This document shows positions 1 to 10,677 of a stretch of 64,000 nt of DNA, one piece after another (the stretch's first letter is position 1; each line of letters starts with the position of its first letter). Where the stretch lies: NCBI GenBank assembly GCA_965226055.1, contig CBDDCA010000006.1, positions 544,001-608,000 on the forward strand, read 5' to 3'. The stretch comes from Spirochaetia bacterium. Lineage in GTDB: Bacteria > Spirochaetota > Spirochaetia > WTKD01 > G963693115. The notes under the pieces are model-generated. The model was not told where the DNA came from. It was given only the letters and a program-made list of their open reading frames with translations, and made no database searches. The translations under genes and the position numbers were made by a program.

Positions 1-142
1 TGTCCCCTGCACAAATACCACAAGCCTCTAGTTTAATCACTATTTCTTCTCTTCCTGCTCGTGGAACATCCACTACTTCCAAACGATAATCTTCTGGTGC
101 ATATGCAACCAGAGCTTTCATTTTTGATGGTAAATCACTCAT
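1..142 (-). CDS. Zn-dependent alcohol/polyol dehydrogenase, 5' part (runs off window)
   Basis: Manual translation from ATG 142 after a GGAGG RBS: MSDLPSKMKALVAYAPEDYRLEVVDVPRAGREEIVIKLEACGICAGD, an MDR-family N-terminus with CGIC; follows the polyol ABC genes. Confidence 0.85.
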   Translation of the reverse strand, partial: MSDLPSKMKALVAYAPEDYRLEVVDVPRAGREEIVIKLEACGICAGD

Positions 143-153
143 ACTACCTCCTA

Positions 154-1215
154 TTATTTTTTATTAAATATATGTACTTTACCGTCATTAAAAGTGATAC
201 GTATTGTATCATTCGCTGTATACCGAACATTATCATAGAGTGATATCATAAAATACATATCCTCTGTAAGATGTATACTTATGCGCTTTTCTTCCCCTAA
301 ATTTTCAAATACTGTTATTTTTATAGGATCTCCTTGTTTTGATATAGTAATATCATCAGGACGAATACCAAATCTCACTGTTTGTCCTTGCTTTACTTGA
401 TCTTCACAGCTCTTTGGTACTTGTATTTTGTTTCCATAAAATGAAAAAAATTTCTTGCTCCCAATCTGTTCTATATCAGCATCTAAAATATTCATCGGAG
501 GATCACCAATAAACTCTGCTACAAACTCATTCTCAGGACTATTAAAAATAGTGGCAGGGCTATCAAACTGCTGCAAGACTCCAAGATTCATAATTACCAT
601 TTTGTCCGCTAAAGACATTGCTTCTAACTGATCATGAGTTACTAAAATAGTAGTACACCCAATTTCTTTATGAAGTTTTCGTATTTCTTGACGTAATACC
701 TGACGTAGCTTTCCATCAAGATGAGACATAGGTTCATCTAACAGTAATATGCGAGGACTTCTTATAATAGCTCTTGCTATGTTCACTCTTTGTTTTTGTC
801 CACCACTGAGTTCTCGTGGCAATTTGTACAAAATATCAGTAACATGAAGCAACTCAGCAATGGTATGGACCTGCTTTTTTACTTCACTTTCAGGCATTTT
901 TTTTGCTCGTAAATTAAATGCCATATTATCAAATACATTCAGAGGAGGATACAGAGCATAATCTTCAAAAGCTAAACCAATCCCTCTATCCTTTGGAGCT
1001 AAATCATTGATGATAGTGCCATTAATATGTATTTCTCCTTTTGTAATAGTTTCTAGGCCTGCAATCATACGTAATGTAGTTGTTTTTCCACATCCAGAAG
1101 GCCCTAATATTGCTACAAAATCTCCACTTTCACAACAAAAACTAAGATCATTCACTGCATACTCCGATGAGGTATCATATTGTTTGTATAAATTGTGAAT
1201 GAATAACTGCGCCAA
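154..1215 (-). CDS. Sugar/polyol ABC transporter ATP-binding protein (MalK-like)
   Basis: Walker A GPSGCGKTT, LSGGQ signature, LLLDEP. Confidence 0.93.
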   Translation of the reverse strand: MAQLFIHNLYKQYDTSSEYAVNDLSFCCESGDFVAILGPSGCGKTTTLRMIAGLETITKGEIHINGTIINDLAPKDRGIGLAFEDYALYPPLNVFDNMAFNLRAKKMPESEVKKQVHTIAELLHVTDILYKLPRELSGGQKQRVNIARAIIRSPRILLLDEPMSHLDGKLRQVLRQEIRKLHKEIGCTTILVTHDQLEAMSLADKMVIMNLGVLQQFDSPATIFNSPENEFVAEFIGDPPMNILDADIEQIGSKKFFSFYGNKIQVPKSCEDQVKQGQTVRFGIRPDDITISKQGDPIKITVFENLGEEKRISIHLTEDMYFMISLYDNVRYTANDTIRITFNDGKVHIFNKK

Positions 1216-2322
1216 CTACATACCCCCAGTTCTTGTGATAAAGCGTTCGTCTTTACTATCAAAAAATAACAAGGCCTGTGTATCAATGCTACAATATATT
1301 ACATCATCAACATGTAACACAACATTTCCCGGAACAAGCGTATCAAAATATATTCCTAAACACTTAACCTTTACTACATATCTATTTCCTATTGAATAAA
1401 AATTTTCAATAGTACCTTTATGAAACCCTTTTTTTTGTTCAAATGATACTTTTATATCTATACCACGTATCCCCACAATAACAGTATCACTAGAACATTG
1501 CTTTGAAAGTTCCTTGTACACTCCCTTATCAATATCCCATACGATACTAGAATCTATAGGTATAATCTTGTTGTCACTCAATGTACAGGTATAGACATTT
1601 ATCTCTGGTTCTCCTACCAACTTTGCAACAAAAAGATTTACTGGTCTATAATATACATCGTCAGGGCTTGCTACTTGTACTATCTTTCCTTCGTTAATGA
1701 CCACAATTTTATCTGCTAAACTCAGAGCTTCAAGATAATCGTGAGTAACATATATTGTTGTTGTGTCTAATTGCTGTTGAATAGCTTTCAGTTCTGTTCT
1801 CATAGCATTCTTTAGCTTTGCGTCAAGGTGTGCAAGTGGTTCATCCATTAAAAATACATTAGGCGTTCGCACTAAGGCTCTTCCTAACGCTACACGTTGT
1901 CGTTGCCCGTTACTTAATTGTGAAGGGTATCTATGAAGAAGGTGATTGATATTCATTTTTTTTGTAATGCTATCAATTACCTCTTTTATTTTTTTTTCAT
2001 CTGTTTTGTATTCAGGACTCCGCAACGGAAACGCTATATTATCATACACGGTAAAATGAGGGTATAAAGCATAGTTTTCAAATACCATCGCTACATTTCT
2101 TTTATCGGGAACAACATTATCCATAGGAACATCGTCAAACAATATACTTCCTTCTTCATATGATTGAATTCCAGAAATTACTGAAAGCAATGTAGTTTTT
2201 CCTGCTCCTGCAGGACCAAAGAGTACAACAAACTCCCTCTCCTTTACCTCAAATGAGACACGAGACAGTGCTTCTACATGCTCATATTTTTTTGTAACAG
2301 TATCTATTGTTATTTTTGCCAT
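1216..2322 (-). CDS. Second sugar/polyol ABC ATP-binding protein (MalK-like)
   Basis: GPAGAGKTT, LSNGQRQR, FLMDEP. Confidence 0.93.
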   Translation of the reverse strand: MAKITIDTVTKKYEHVEALSRVSFEVKEREFVVLFGPAGAGKTTLLSVISGIQSYEEGSILFDDVPMDNVVPDKRNVAMVFENYALYPHFTVYDNIAFPLRSPEYKTDEKKIKEVIDSITKKMNINHLLHRYPSQLSNGQRQRVALGRALVRTPNVFLMDEPLAHLDAKLKNAMRTELKAIQQQLDTTTIYVTHDYLEALSLADKIVVINEGKIVQVASPDDVYYRPVNLFVAKLVGEPEINVYTCTLSDNKIIPIDSSIVWDIDKGVYKELSKQCSSDTVIVGIRGIDIKVSFEQKKGFHKGTIENFYSIGNRYVVKVKCLGIYFDTLVPGNVVLHVDDVIYCSIDTQALLFFDSKDERFITRTGGM

Positions 2323-2323
2323 A

Positions 2324-3166
2324 CTATCCTTTCACTGCACCAAAACTTAACCCTCTTACAAGATGCTTTTGTATCATAATTGCAAGTATAACTTCTGGTA
2401 ACACTGCTATAAGAGACGCAGCTGCCATCTGTCCATAATGTACCGTATCAGAAGCAAGATACTTTATTGATGACACAGTAATAGTTTCTACCGAATATCC
2501 ACTTAAAAGAAGCCCAAAAGTAAAACTGTTCCATGCAAAAATAAACGCAAGCAAACATGATGCCACTAAACCAGGACGTATAAGAGGCAATAATATCTTA
2601 AAAAAGATATGGTATCTCTTATACCCATCAATACGTGCAGCATGTTCTATATCTACCGAAATATCTTCAAAATATCCTCTGAGTACCCATATCAACAGCG
2701 GAAGTGTAATAAGCTGATATACCCATATAAGTCCAAAATAGGTATCGTACAGCCCTATTTTTTGATAAATAAGAAACAATGGTAATATGACCAATATTTC
2801 TGGAGCAAACCTAAACGATAGTATAGTAAAAGCAAAATTCTCTTTTCCTTTAAATGTATATCTTGCTAAGGCATATGCTGCTGGGGTACCTACTACTACA
2901 GAAAATAACACTGCTCCTACACTGACTATCATATTATCAAGAAACGCACTAATATAATCTGTCCCTATCAACACTTTAGAATAATTTTCTAAGGTAGGCT
3001 TGAATATAAATGTTGTTCGATAAATGTCAGCATCACTCTTAAAAGAAATAAGGAGCATCCATACTATAGGAAACAAGGAAAAAATAACCCACACTCCAAG
3101 CAACGATAACAAAAGTATATTCACTAATTTTGTTTTCACAGTACGTGTTAGCATTTTCTTCATCAT
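2324..3166 (-). CDS. Carbohydrate ABC permease (MalG-like)
   Basis: About 6 TM segments, EAA-like loop EHAARIDG, C-terminal GAVKG. Confidence 0.92.
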   Translation of the reverse strand: MMKKMLTRTVKTKLVNILLLSLLGVWVIFSLFPIVWMLLISFKSDADIYRTTFIFKPTLENYSKVLIGTDYISAFLDNMIVSVGAVLFSVVVGTPAAYALARYTFKGKENFAFTILSFRFAPEILVILPLFLIYQKIGLYDTYFGLIWVYQLITLPLLIWVLRGYFEDISVDIEHAARIDGYKRYHIFFKILLPLIRPGLVASCLLAFIFAWNSFTFGLLLSGYSVETITVSSIKYLASDTVHYGQMAAASLIAVLPEVILAIMIQKHLVRGLSFGAVKG

Positions 3167-3169
3167 ATG

Positions 3170-4054
3170 TTACCCATTCACCCTTTTTAAGGACACAAGC
3201 ATTCTTTTTACAAGGATACTACTGATAAAATATATAATTGCCCATAACACTAACAAATAAGGAATTGCACTAGCAAGTCGTGAAAAAGCAAAGCCTATGG
3301 TATATCCTCGAAGAGACAAGGTCATCGTAGCATCTCCAGGACCTCCTTTTGTAAGAGCAAAAATGATTGCAAACTCCTGAAACGCTGCCATTAACCTAAA
3401 TATTATTGCTATATATAAAAACGGTTTTAGTAAAGGAAGCAATAATTTTCTAAACACAAATAGTGGGCTTCCTCCGTCTATTTGAGCTGATTCAAACGGA
3501 GATTTTGGAAGTGTATTAAGCCCTGCCAACACAAGCAACATAACAAAGGGAGTGTACACCCAGACATCAATAAGTGCTACTGTAAGAAGTGCTGTTTTAG
3601 GATCTGCTGCCCAAGGAAAATTATAGATATTGAATACATTGAGAAATTTTTCAATAATACCCACCGAAGTATTCAACATAAGCTGCCATACTAACGTTGC
3701 AATAACAGGGGCAACCATAAGAGGTATGATTAAAGCAACCTTTAAGATGTTAATCCATACCCCTGAAAACCGATATAAAAGCAATGCAATACAAAGCCCT
3801 AACACAAGTTCTAGTGCAGTAGTCAGAAAAGCATATGATATAGTAGTGCCAAGCGATCGCCAAAATGCCGAATCGCTTAGCATAGCAATCCAGTTTTTTC
3901 CTCCTATAAATTTCATTACAGGAGCCCTAAAAGAATAGCTAGTAAAAGAAAGTATAATAGAATAAATAAACGGAATTATGATACCAACAGTCGTAATAAG
4001 TGCGGGTAAAAATACGACATACGGTTCCCAATTTCTCTTACTACTCACATTCAT
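3170..4054 (-). CDS. Carbohydrate ABC permease (MalF-like)
   Basis: ESAQIDGG loop, TKGGPG motif, multiple TM segments. Confidence 0.92.
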   Translation of the reverse strand: MNVSSKRNWEPYVVFLPALITTVGIIIPFIYSIILSFTSYSFRAPVMKFIGGKNWIAMLSDSAFWRSLGTTISYAFLTTALELVLGLCIALLLYRFSGVWINILKVALIIPLMVAPVIATLVWQLMLNTSVGIIEKFLNVFNIYNFPWAADPKTALLTVALIDVWVYTPFVMLLVLAGLNTLPKSPFESAQIDGGSPLFVFRKLLLPLLKPFLYIAIIFRLMAAFQEFAIIFALTKGGPGDATMTLSLRGYTIGFAFSRLASAIPYLLVLWAIIYFISSILVKRMLVSLKRVNG

Positions 4055-4105
4055 ATGTTATAGTTCCTCTTACATATACAACTAACATGCTTACTTACAA
4101 TATAG

Positions 4106-5515
4106 CTATTCTATATTTGCAAGTACCGTATCCATTTTTACCTTTAAGGCATTCATACCATCCTCAACTGTTGCATATCGTCCCGATACAATATCTTGAA
4201 TCGTTGCTGCCCATTCGGTAGTAAGTTCAAAAAAATGTGGTTGAGGAGTAAAGAGAATGGATGTTCCTCCTATCGTTTTTGCAAATGTTTCAAGATAGCC
4301 TTCTGCTTGCCCTACTATTTCTTGAAATTCAGGATGATTAAATACAGAACTGCGTGGTGGATCAACCGCTTTATCCTTTGTCACTGACCATAGTTGATAT
4401 TCTTTATTTGTGAAATACTGTAAAAACAACCATGCTGCTCCTTTATTTTTTGAAGATGAATTCATTGCCATAGACCATACCCATAAATTAGACTTTCTGT
4501 CACTATCTACTTTTCCTTCTGGAAGAGGAGCAGGTACCCATGCTATATTTCCAGATTCTTGAGAAGCTCCAGCAAAATTTTGAAAATACAATGTATTATC
4601 TGCTGCAAAGCCCATAGCTGCTTTTTTTGCTCCAACATCGGTACTTACTTGATACCATGTGTATGTAGACCATGTGGGAGCTCCACCTTTTTTTATCAAT
4701 TCTACCCAATCTTTTGTCATTTGAATAGCTTCGGGTGAGTTGACTGCTGAAACCAATTTTCCATTTTGCTTAACAATATCTTTTGCACCATAGTTTGCAT
4801 ATGTAGTAATATATTCTGGATGGATAGTAGCCCAGTTTCGTGTTCCTCGAAGGGCAACACCATAGGTGCCTGGACCATCAAATTCATTTAGCTTTTCTGA
4901 TACATCAATTAACTCACGTATCGTTTTAGGAGGACTAAGCCCTTTTTCTCTCAATACATCTTTATTATACCCAAGTGAGTACAGTTCAAATCCCATAGGG
5001 AGCGCCCAAAGCTCTCCTGTACCTACTGCATCACCAGGCACTAAATTCCAACGTAAGGATCCCAGCACTCCTTCAAAAAAATCATCAACATCATAATCAC
5101 TTGCAGTAAGGCTAGTGTTTTTTATGTATTCATCAAGTGGTTCTACATATCCCGCTGTTGCATAATCCCATATCTGATATGCACCAGTCATAAAAATATC
5201 AGGAACCCCCGAACGGCTAGTGAGAGTAGTACTCACTTTATCAAAATAGTTTTCTTCTGGAGTATCACTAAATTCTAGCGTAATGCCTGTAGCTTCTTCA
5301 AACTCTTTTACTTTCTTAGAAATAGCATCGGCATACGGGTGCTTATTAAATAAAATGGTGAGCTTGGTCCCTTCATACCGTCTCCAATCAAAAGCTCCTG
5401 TCGCTTCTAGTGGATTACCACTTTCTTTACTTGCTTTTTTAGAACAAGAAACAGCAAATAGAGAAACTACTATGATTATTAAAAACAAGACTGTTTTTAA
5501 GCCTACTTTTTTCAT
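4106..5515 (-). CDS. Sugar/polyol ABC substrate-binding lipoprotein
   Basis: Start re-called at ATG 5515 behind AAGGAGGG; signal peptide ending LFAVSC; family-1 SBP motifs (KGAAWLFLQY). Confidence 0.9.
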   Translation of the reverse strand: MKKVGLKTVLFLIIIVVSLFAVSCSKKASKESGNPLEATGAFDWRRYEGTKLTILFNKHPYADAISKKVKEFEEATGITLEFSDTPEENYFDKVSTTLTSRSGVPDIFMTGAYQIWDYATAGYVEPLDEYIKNTSLTASDYDVDDFFEGVLGSLRWNLVPGDAVGTGELWALPMGFELYSLGYNKDVLREKGLSPPKTIRELIDVSEKLNEFDGPGTYGVALRGTRNWATIHPEYITTYANYGAKDIVKQNGKLVSAVNSPEAIQMTKDWVELIKKGGAPTWSTYTWYQVSTDVGAKKAAMGFAADNTLYFQNFAGASQESGNIAWVPAPLPEGKVDSDRKSNLWVWSMAMNSSSKNKGAAWLFLQYFTNKEYQLWSVTKDKAVDPPRSSVFNHPEFQEIVGQAEGYLETFAKTIGGTSILFTPQPHFFELTTEWAATIQDIVSGRYATVEDGMNALKVKMDTVLANIE

Positions 5516-5626
5516 ACAAACCCTCCTTGTATATACACACTTTGTTATTTTTTTAATATAAAAATAACTTACCAAATTAAATATACAATATTTATAATAA
5601 AAAGTCAAGCAGCTTGTAATGAAAAA

Positions 5627-5680
5627 CACGAGTTCAAGGATTAAATGCGACAAAGGAGCAAAAAAAGAGCAAGCAAAAAA
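5627..5680 (+). mobile_element. Solo IS30-family left-end fragment
   Basis: CACGAGTTCAAGGATTAAATGCGACAAAGGAGCAAAAAAA matches the start of the IS30 at 50255. Confidence 0.85.
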
Positions 5681-5764
5681 ACAATATTTATGCTATCATA
5701 TTATAATAGATATTGTTATATATAATTCTATTTTTCCATATTCATCATATAAAGGTATAAAAAT

Positions 5765-6487
5765 ATGAAAGAAAAAAAACAAACGATTGAAAAAACAAGT
5801 AAAAGCAAAAATACAAAATCTACTACTACAAATGCTACAAAAAAAAGCAAAGTAAGTACAGTAGAAAAAAAAACAAAAGCAAAGAGTACTCCTACAAGCA
5901 TAAAATCTGCTACTGCTAAACAACAGGCATCAAGGACACTAAAAAAAATAATAACAGAATTACCATTTCAAATTGATAGCTTTGTATTTTACCCAAACGA
6001 AGGAGTAGGGCAAATTATTGATATTGAAGAACGCACATTTGATAACGAGACAATTCCATACTATGTTATAAAGTTTGTGAGTCAAAAAATGATATCACGT
6101 ATTCCAACAAAAAATATCAAAATATTGCGTATTCGAAAAGTCATTTCAAAAAATTATGTCCAAAAAATATGGAAAACATTAGAAGAAGTAAACAGTATAT
6201 CCGAATTACCCTGGAAAGATCGATTACTAAAACACCAAGAAGTACTAAAAAAAGGAAATGCCCTTGAGACAGCCGAAATGCTTACTTCTTTATACATACG
6301 GGGACTAGAAAGACAATTATCATTTCAAGAAAGACAGTACTATGATTTTGCTTTTGATTCTTTACGTGATGAATTATCCATTGTACTCAACTTAGATAGC
6401 ATACAAACATCACAATCTATCAAAAAAAGCCTTAAAAAAAGTCAAGAAAAACTTCCATCTCGTGCCAACGCGTCCCCCTCTGAATAA
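5765..6487 (+). CDS. carD: CarD/CdnL-family transcription factor with Lys/Thr/Ser-rich N-terminal extension
   Basis: FYPNEGVGQIIDIEE RNAP-interaction motif, conserved Trp (LPWKDR), LRDELSIVL. Confidence 0.88.
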   Translation: MKEKKQTIEKTSKSKNTKSTTTNATKKSKVSTVEKKTKAKSTPTSIKSATAKQQASRTLKKIITELPFQIDSFVFYPNEGVGQIIDIEERTFDNETIPYYVIKFVSQKMISRIPTKNIKILRIRKVISKNYVQKIWKTLEEVNSISELPWKDRLLKHQEVLKKGNALETAEMLTSLYIRGLERQLSFQERQYYDFAFDSLRDELSIVLNLDSIQTSQSIKKSLKKSQEKLPSRANASPSE

Positions 6488-6490
6488 CAT

Positions 6491-8272
6491 ATGCAATGTA
6501 AACACTACAACACCAGTATTTTTGCCTTTTTTCATAGATACATATTTGTTCACATATGGATTTTTATTGTATTACTACTACTCATTCCGTCATTACAGAG
6601 CCACGCACAATTATCTGCAGATCCCAACAATGAAATTTATAAACATATTGATAAATGGGTAGGGCGTGGCTATGTCACCCAACTGCCTGCATTTCGTCCA
6701 CTTCCTCTCACTGTACTACAAGACATTCTTGAAACAGTCATAAAAGTCGGGAGCTTTCGTGATCGTATCATTGCACAACAATTCTTAGCAAGAGTCGACA
6801 CTACAATAGTGGAAAACAATACCTATGGCATCTTTAATACCGCTCCCAATAACGATAATAACACAGGGTATGGAGCGTTACTCAAAGGAGGCTCTTTATT
6901 TTCTGCGTCATCATTTCTTACTCCTCTCATTAGCATATCTGCCTCATTTGGACTAAACGCAACATACACTTCGAAATTTTCACAAAAAGACAGAGTGTTA
7001 TTTTCAAAACCTTTCATTCACCCATATGTGAGTATACTTGATGATTCTCCTGATGATGGAATAAAATTTCAAAATGTATTGGGAGGTGCTACCATAGCAG
7101 CAGCATGGGCATCTCGCTCCAGCTTTACTGTTGGAAAAAAAGATCTGTTTGTCCAAACAGGCATTATGCAAAGAAGCATAGGACTTTCTCATGATGATGG
7201 GCTTATTGTAAGTCCCGTTGCAAAGTATAGTCCCAATGCGATAGTATTCTGGAGACTCAAGCATGTATCATTCACATGGGCATTTTTTGCATTATCCGCA
7301 AGACAGCAATTTCAGGAATTTTCGGTGGACGAACGAGGCTTTATCAATTATTCAAGAAGCACCTCAGATAGACTTGGAAAGTATTTCTTTTATAATGCAG
7401 TAAACTGGTATGTAAATCCAAATATAGAGTTATTTGTATTCGAATCTGTCATGTTTGGCACTTTCAATTTTAGCTATCTGCTGCCATTTAAGTATATGTA
7501 TGCAGTAGATTCTCTTGGAGATTTTGCAGAAGGAAATCTCATGATAGGCGGAGGCATAAAACTTCGACTCAATAATACACTCACTTTTCCTACTACGATT
7601 GTTGTTGATGATTTTGATCCTATTGCATTTATGCAAGGGAGCTTAAATAGTGCAAAAAAAATAGCATTAGAAACAGGAGTAAACTGGTATCCTATCAGCT
7701 TGTTCTTAAAGAATATTTCATTTAAGTATCAAATTATTGGCTCCTATACTTTTAGTCATGGTGCAGTAGGAGATGCATATACTGGTCATGCAGTAGGATT
7801 TAATTATACAAACCATACCCATTATTCACGACACTTTGGAAGCACTATGCCTCCCAGTTCCCATAGATTTACCGTAAACACCACAATCACTCCCATTAGC
7901 TTTTTAGAACTAACATTTTTCATGCGGTTTATGCAGCACAATAATCCGTCAGTAGGATTTCTCAATGGACCTCTCAATGATGGATCTATTTATGATGACG
8001 GACAATACTCTGCATTTGATAGCCCTACCGATAATATTAATGCATATAAAAAAAGAGGCTCCCTTGATTTCCTTACTGGAACCATAGAAAATACATTCTA
8101 TGTGGGATCCATCATTGATATTCTTGATATTCAGCTTACAAAATACTTAGCTTTATATGGCAACCTACACTACGAATTTCGTTATACTATCAATAAAAAC
8201 TTAATTGACAACAATAACGAGCAACGACATGAAGTAAGCGGATTACTAGGACTTCGTATAAAGCTCTATTAA
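6491..8272 (+). CDS. Putative outer-membrane beta-barrel protein (possibly Wzi-like)
   Basis: Signal peptide, alternating aromatic beta-strand pattern, C-terminal GLRIKLY. Confidence 0.55.
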   Translation: MQCKHYNTSIFAFFHRYIFVHIWIFIVLLLLIPSLQSHAQLSADPNNEIYKHIDKWVGRGYVTQLPAFRPLPLTVLQDILETVIKVGSFRDRIIAQQFLARVDTTIVENNTYGIFNTAPNNDNNTGYGALLKGGSLFSASSFLTPLISISASFGLNATYTSKFSQKDRVLFSKPFIHPYVSILDDSPDDGIKFQNVLGGATIAAAWASRSSFTVGKKDLFVQTGIMQRSIGLSHDDGLIVSPVAKYSPNAIVFWRLKHVSFTWAFFALSARQQFQEFSVDERGFINYSRSTSDRLGKYFFYNAVNWYVNPNIELFVFESVMFGTFNFSYLLPFKYMYAVDSLGDFAEGNLMIGGGIKLRLNNTLTFPTTIVVDDFDPIAFMQGSLNSAKKIALETGVNWYPISLFLKNISFKYQIIGSYTFSHGAVGDAYTGHAVGFNYTNHTHYSRHFGSTMPPSSHRFTVNTTITPISFLELTFFMRFMQHNNPSVGFLNGPLNDGSIYDDGQYSAFDSPTDNINAYKKRGSLDFLTGTIENTFYVGSIIDILDIQLTKYLALYGNLHYEFRYTINKNLIDNNNEQRHEVSGLLGLRIKLY

Positions 8273-8325
8273 CTATAATGCTGGCTGATAGCTTTAATAG
8301 AGCTTTCATAGCTGGAAGAATATGA

Positions 8326-10434
8326 TTACTTTCTTCCAGCTTCTCGTTCTTTAATAAATTTTGTACGCAACTCTTCTTGTATTGATTGAGGAACTTTCCC
8401 ATATTTCAAAAATTCCATTGAATACTCAGCTTTCCCTTGTGTTGTCGAACGAAGTTCAGTAGAGAAGCCAAACATTTCACTCAACGGAACTTCAGCTTCA
8501 ATTACGGACATAACTCCTTCATCGGTACTTGAAGTAATCATACCACGTCTTTGATTAAATAATGCCATAACATTCCCTTGAAATTCAGTGGGAGTCTCAG
8601 ATACTACTTTCATAACTGGCTCAAGTGCTACTGGGGTTGCTTTATCATATGCCTGACGAAACGCTCCAATAGCTGCCGCTTGGAACGCTGCATCTGATGA
8701 ATCAACAGGATGCGAAGCACCATCATCTATGATAACACGCACTCTCACTATAGGATAGCCTACGAGCGTTCCTTTTACCATAGAGATCTTAAAACCCTTA
8801 TCACAAGAAGAAATAAATTCATTAGGAATTACTGCCCCTTTAATCTTATTTACAAACTCATAATTAGGAGTATGCCCTTCTTCTAGCTCACGAATTGGCT
8901 CTATATATCCTGCTACACGTCCAAATTGACCCGAACCACCTGTTTGTTTTTTATGAAGATAATCAAATTCAGCTTTTTGTGTAATTGCTTCTCGATACGC
9001 AACCTGTGGTTTTCCAGTTTCTACCTCTGCTTTATATTCTCTTCTCATACGTTCAATATATACATCAAGATGTAATTCTCCCATCCCTTGTATAATTGTC
9101 TCATTTGATTCTAAGTCAACATAGGTACGAAAGGTTGGATCTTCTTTTGTAAAACGTGACAAAGCCTTTGACATCTGATCTGATGATTTCTTATCCACTG
9201 GGGTTACTGCAAGCGAAATAACTGGATCAGGCACATACATTGAAGTCATTGAGTAATTATTAGGAGGTTGACAAAAAGTATCCCCTGATGCACAGTCTAT
9301 ACCAAACAACGCTACAATATCTCCTGCTCCTGCTTCGTTTATATCAGTCATTGAGTTTGAATGCATGCGAATAAGTCGTCCAACTTTGAATTTACGCTTT
9401 GTACGCGAATTTATCAGCTCCATACCTTTTTTCACTGTCCCTTGGTAGATACGTGTGTATGTCAACTGCCCATACTGTCCATCATCAAGCTTAAATGCAA
9501 GAGCAACTGTTGGTTTACTATTATCAGAGTATAATGGAACTTCTTGCTCATCATTATCTAAATCAAGGGAAACATTGTCTATTTGATCGGGAGAAGGCAA
9601 ATACTTCACTACTCCGTCCAATAATGTTTGCACTCCTTTATTTTTATACGCAGAACCAACAAATACAGGACAAAATTTATTGCCAATTACCCCTGTTCGT
9701 ATCGCTCGATAAATAAGCTCTTCTGGAGCTTTTTCATCAAGAAGATGTTCCATAAGCTCCTCATCAAATAGCGAAAGTGATTCTAATAATTCATGTCTTT
9801 TTATATCAGACTCTTCTTTAAGGTGTTCAGGAATTTCTTCTATACGAAGATCATTTCCTTGTTCTCCATCAAAATAAATAGCTTTCATCGTTACAAGATC
9901 GACAACCCCTTCAAGTGCATCTTCTAACCCTATAGGCACCTGTACAAAATGAGCTTCAAGTCCTAATTTTTCTCGGAGCTGTTGTACTACCCTATCAGGA
10001 TTTGCTCCAGTCCTATCACATTTATTGATAAAAGCAAGTCGTGGTACTTTATAACGCTTTAGCTGTCTATCTACTGTTATCGACTGAGATTGTACCCCTG
10101 CCACTGCACATAACACTAGTACCGCACCATCAAGCACACGAAGAGAACGTTCAACTTCTATAGTAAAGTCGACATGCCCAGGAGTATCAATAATGTTAAT
10201 AGGATAGTCTTTCCATGTAACATTTGTAGACGCACTGGTAATGGTAATACCACGTTCACGTTCAAGCTCCATGTGATCCATAGTAGCCCCAACTCCATCT
10301 TTTCCTCGTACTTCATGTATAGCATGAATCTTCTCACAATAGAATAAAATACGTTCAGTGAGTGTTGTTTTTCCACTATCAATATGTGCACTAATTCCTA
10401 TATTTCTTAATTTCTTTATATCATACATTTCCAT
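8326..10434 (-). CDS. fusA: Elongation factor G (stand-alone, spirochaete EF-G1 type)
   Basis: [47 protein letters not shown]. Confidence 0.98.
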   Translation of the reverse strand: MEMYDIKKLRNIGISAHIDSGKTTLTERILFYCEKIHAIHEVRGKDGVGATMDHMELERERGITITSASTNVTWKDYPINIIDTPGHVDFTIEVERSLRVLDGAVLVLCAVAGVQSQSITVDRQLKRYKVPRLAFINKCDRTGANPDRVVQQLREKLGLEAHFVQVPIGLEDALEGVVDLVTMKAIYFDGEQGNDLRIEEIPEHLKEESDIKRHELLESLSLFDEELMEHLLDEKAPEELIYRAIRTGVIGNKFCPVFVGSAYKNKGVQTLLDGVVKYLPSPDQIDNVSLDLDNDEQEVPLYSDNSKPTVALAFKLDDGQYGQLTYTRIYQGTVKKGMELINSRTKRKFKVGRLIRMHSNSMTDINEAGAGDIVALFGIDCASGDTFCQPPNNYSMTSMYVPDPVISLAVTPVDKKSSDQMSKALSRFTKEDPTFRTYVDLESNETIIQGMGELHLDVYIERMRREYKAEVETGKPQVAYREAITQKAEFDYLHKKQTGGSGQFGRVAGYIEPIRELEEGHTPNYEFVNKIKGAVIPNEFISSCDKGFKISMVKGTLVGYPIVRVRVIIDDGASHPVDSSDAAFQAAAIGAFRQAYDKATPVALEPVMKVVSETPTEFQGNVMALFNQRRGMITSSTDEGVMSVIEAEVPLSEMFGFSTELRSTTQGKAEYSMEFLKYGKVPQSIQEELRTKFIKEREAGRK

Positions 10435-10557
10435 GATAATAATTCTCCATTCAATATATTTTTAATTTTGAGTATAGTATAAGTTATACAATTATATATC
10501 ATTATATTTTATACTACAATTCTATTCAAGGGTATCCCGCAAAATTGTGCCTTACAC

Positions 10558-10586
10558 TTGACAAAAAAAAAAAAAAACCATAAAAT
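10558..10586 (+). promoter_or_regulatory. Sigma70 promoter with poly(A)15 tract in the spacer
   Basis: TTGACA (10558-10563), 17 nt, TAAAAT (10581-10586); A15 at 10563-10577. Confidence 0.8.
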
Positions 10587-10677
10587 TATTAAGTACAAGA
10601 AAATAAGATGTTTTAATTTTGGACTAATGAACATTCTGTTTGTTGTATAAACATTATATTTTATAAGGAGAGATTAT

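Noticed and set aside
5516-5653. N-terminal extensions in the ORF track (also 20297, 25056, 42687, 48551, 50240, 51464, 60519)
   Set aside because: Better starts with an RBS or promoter lie downstream; several extensions run through IS ends, promoters, rpmH or the riboswitch
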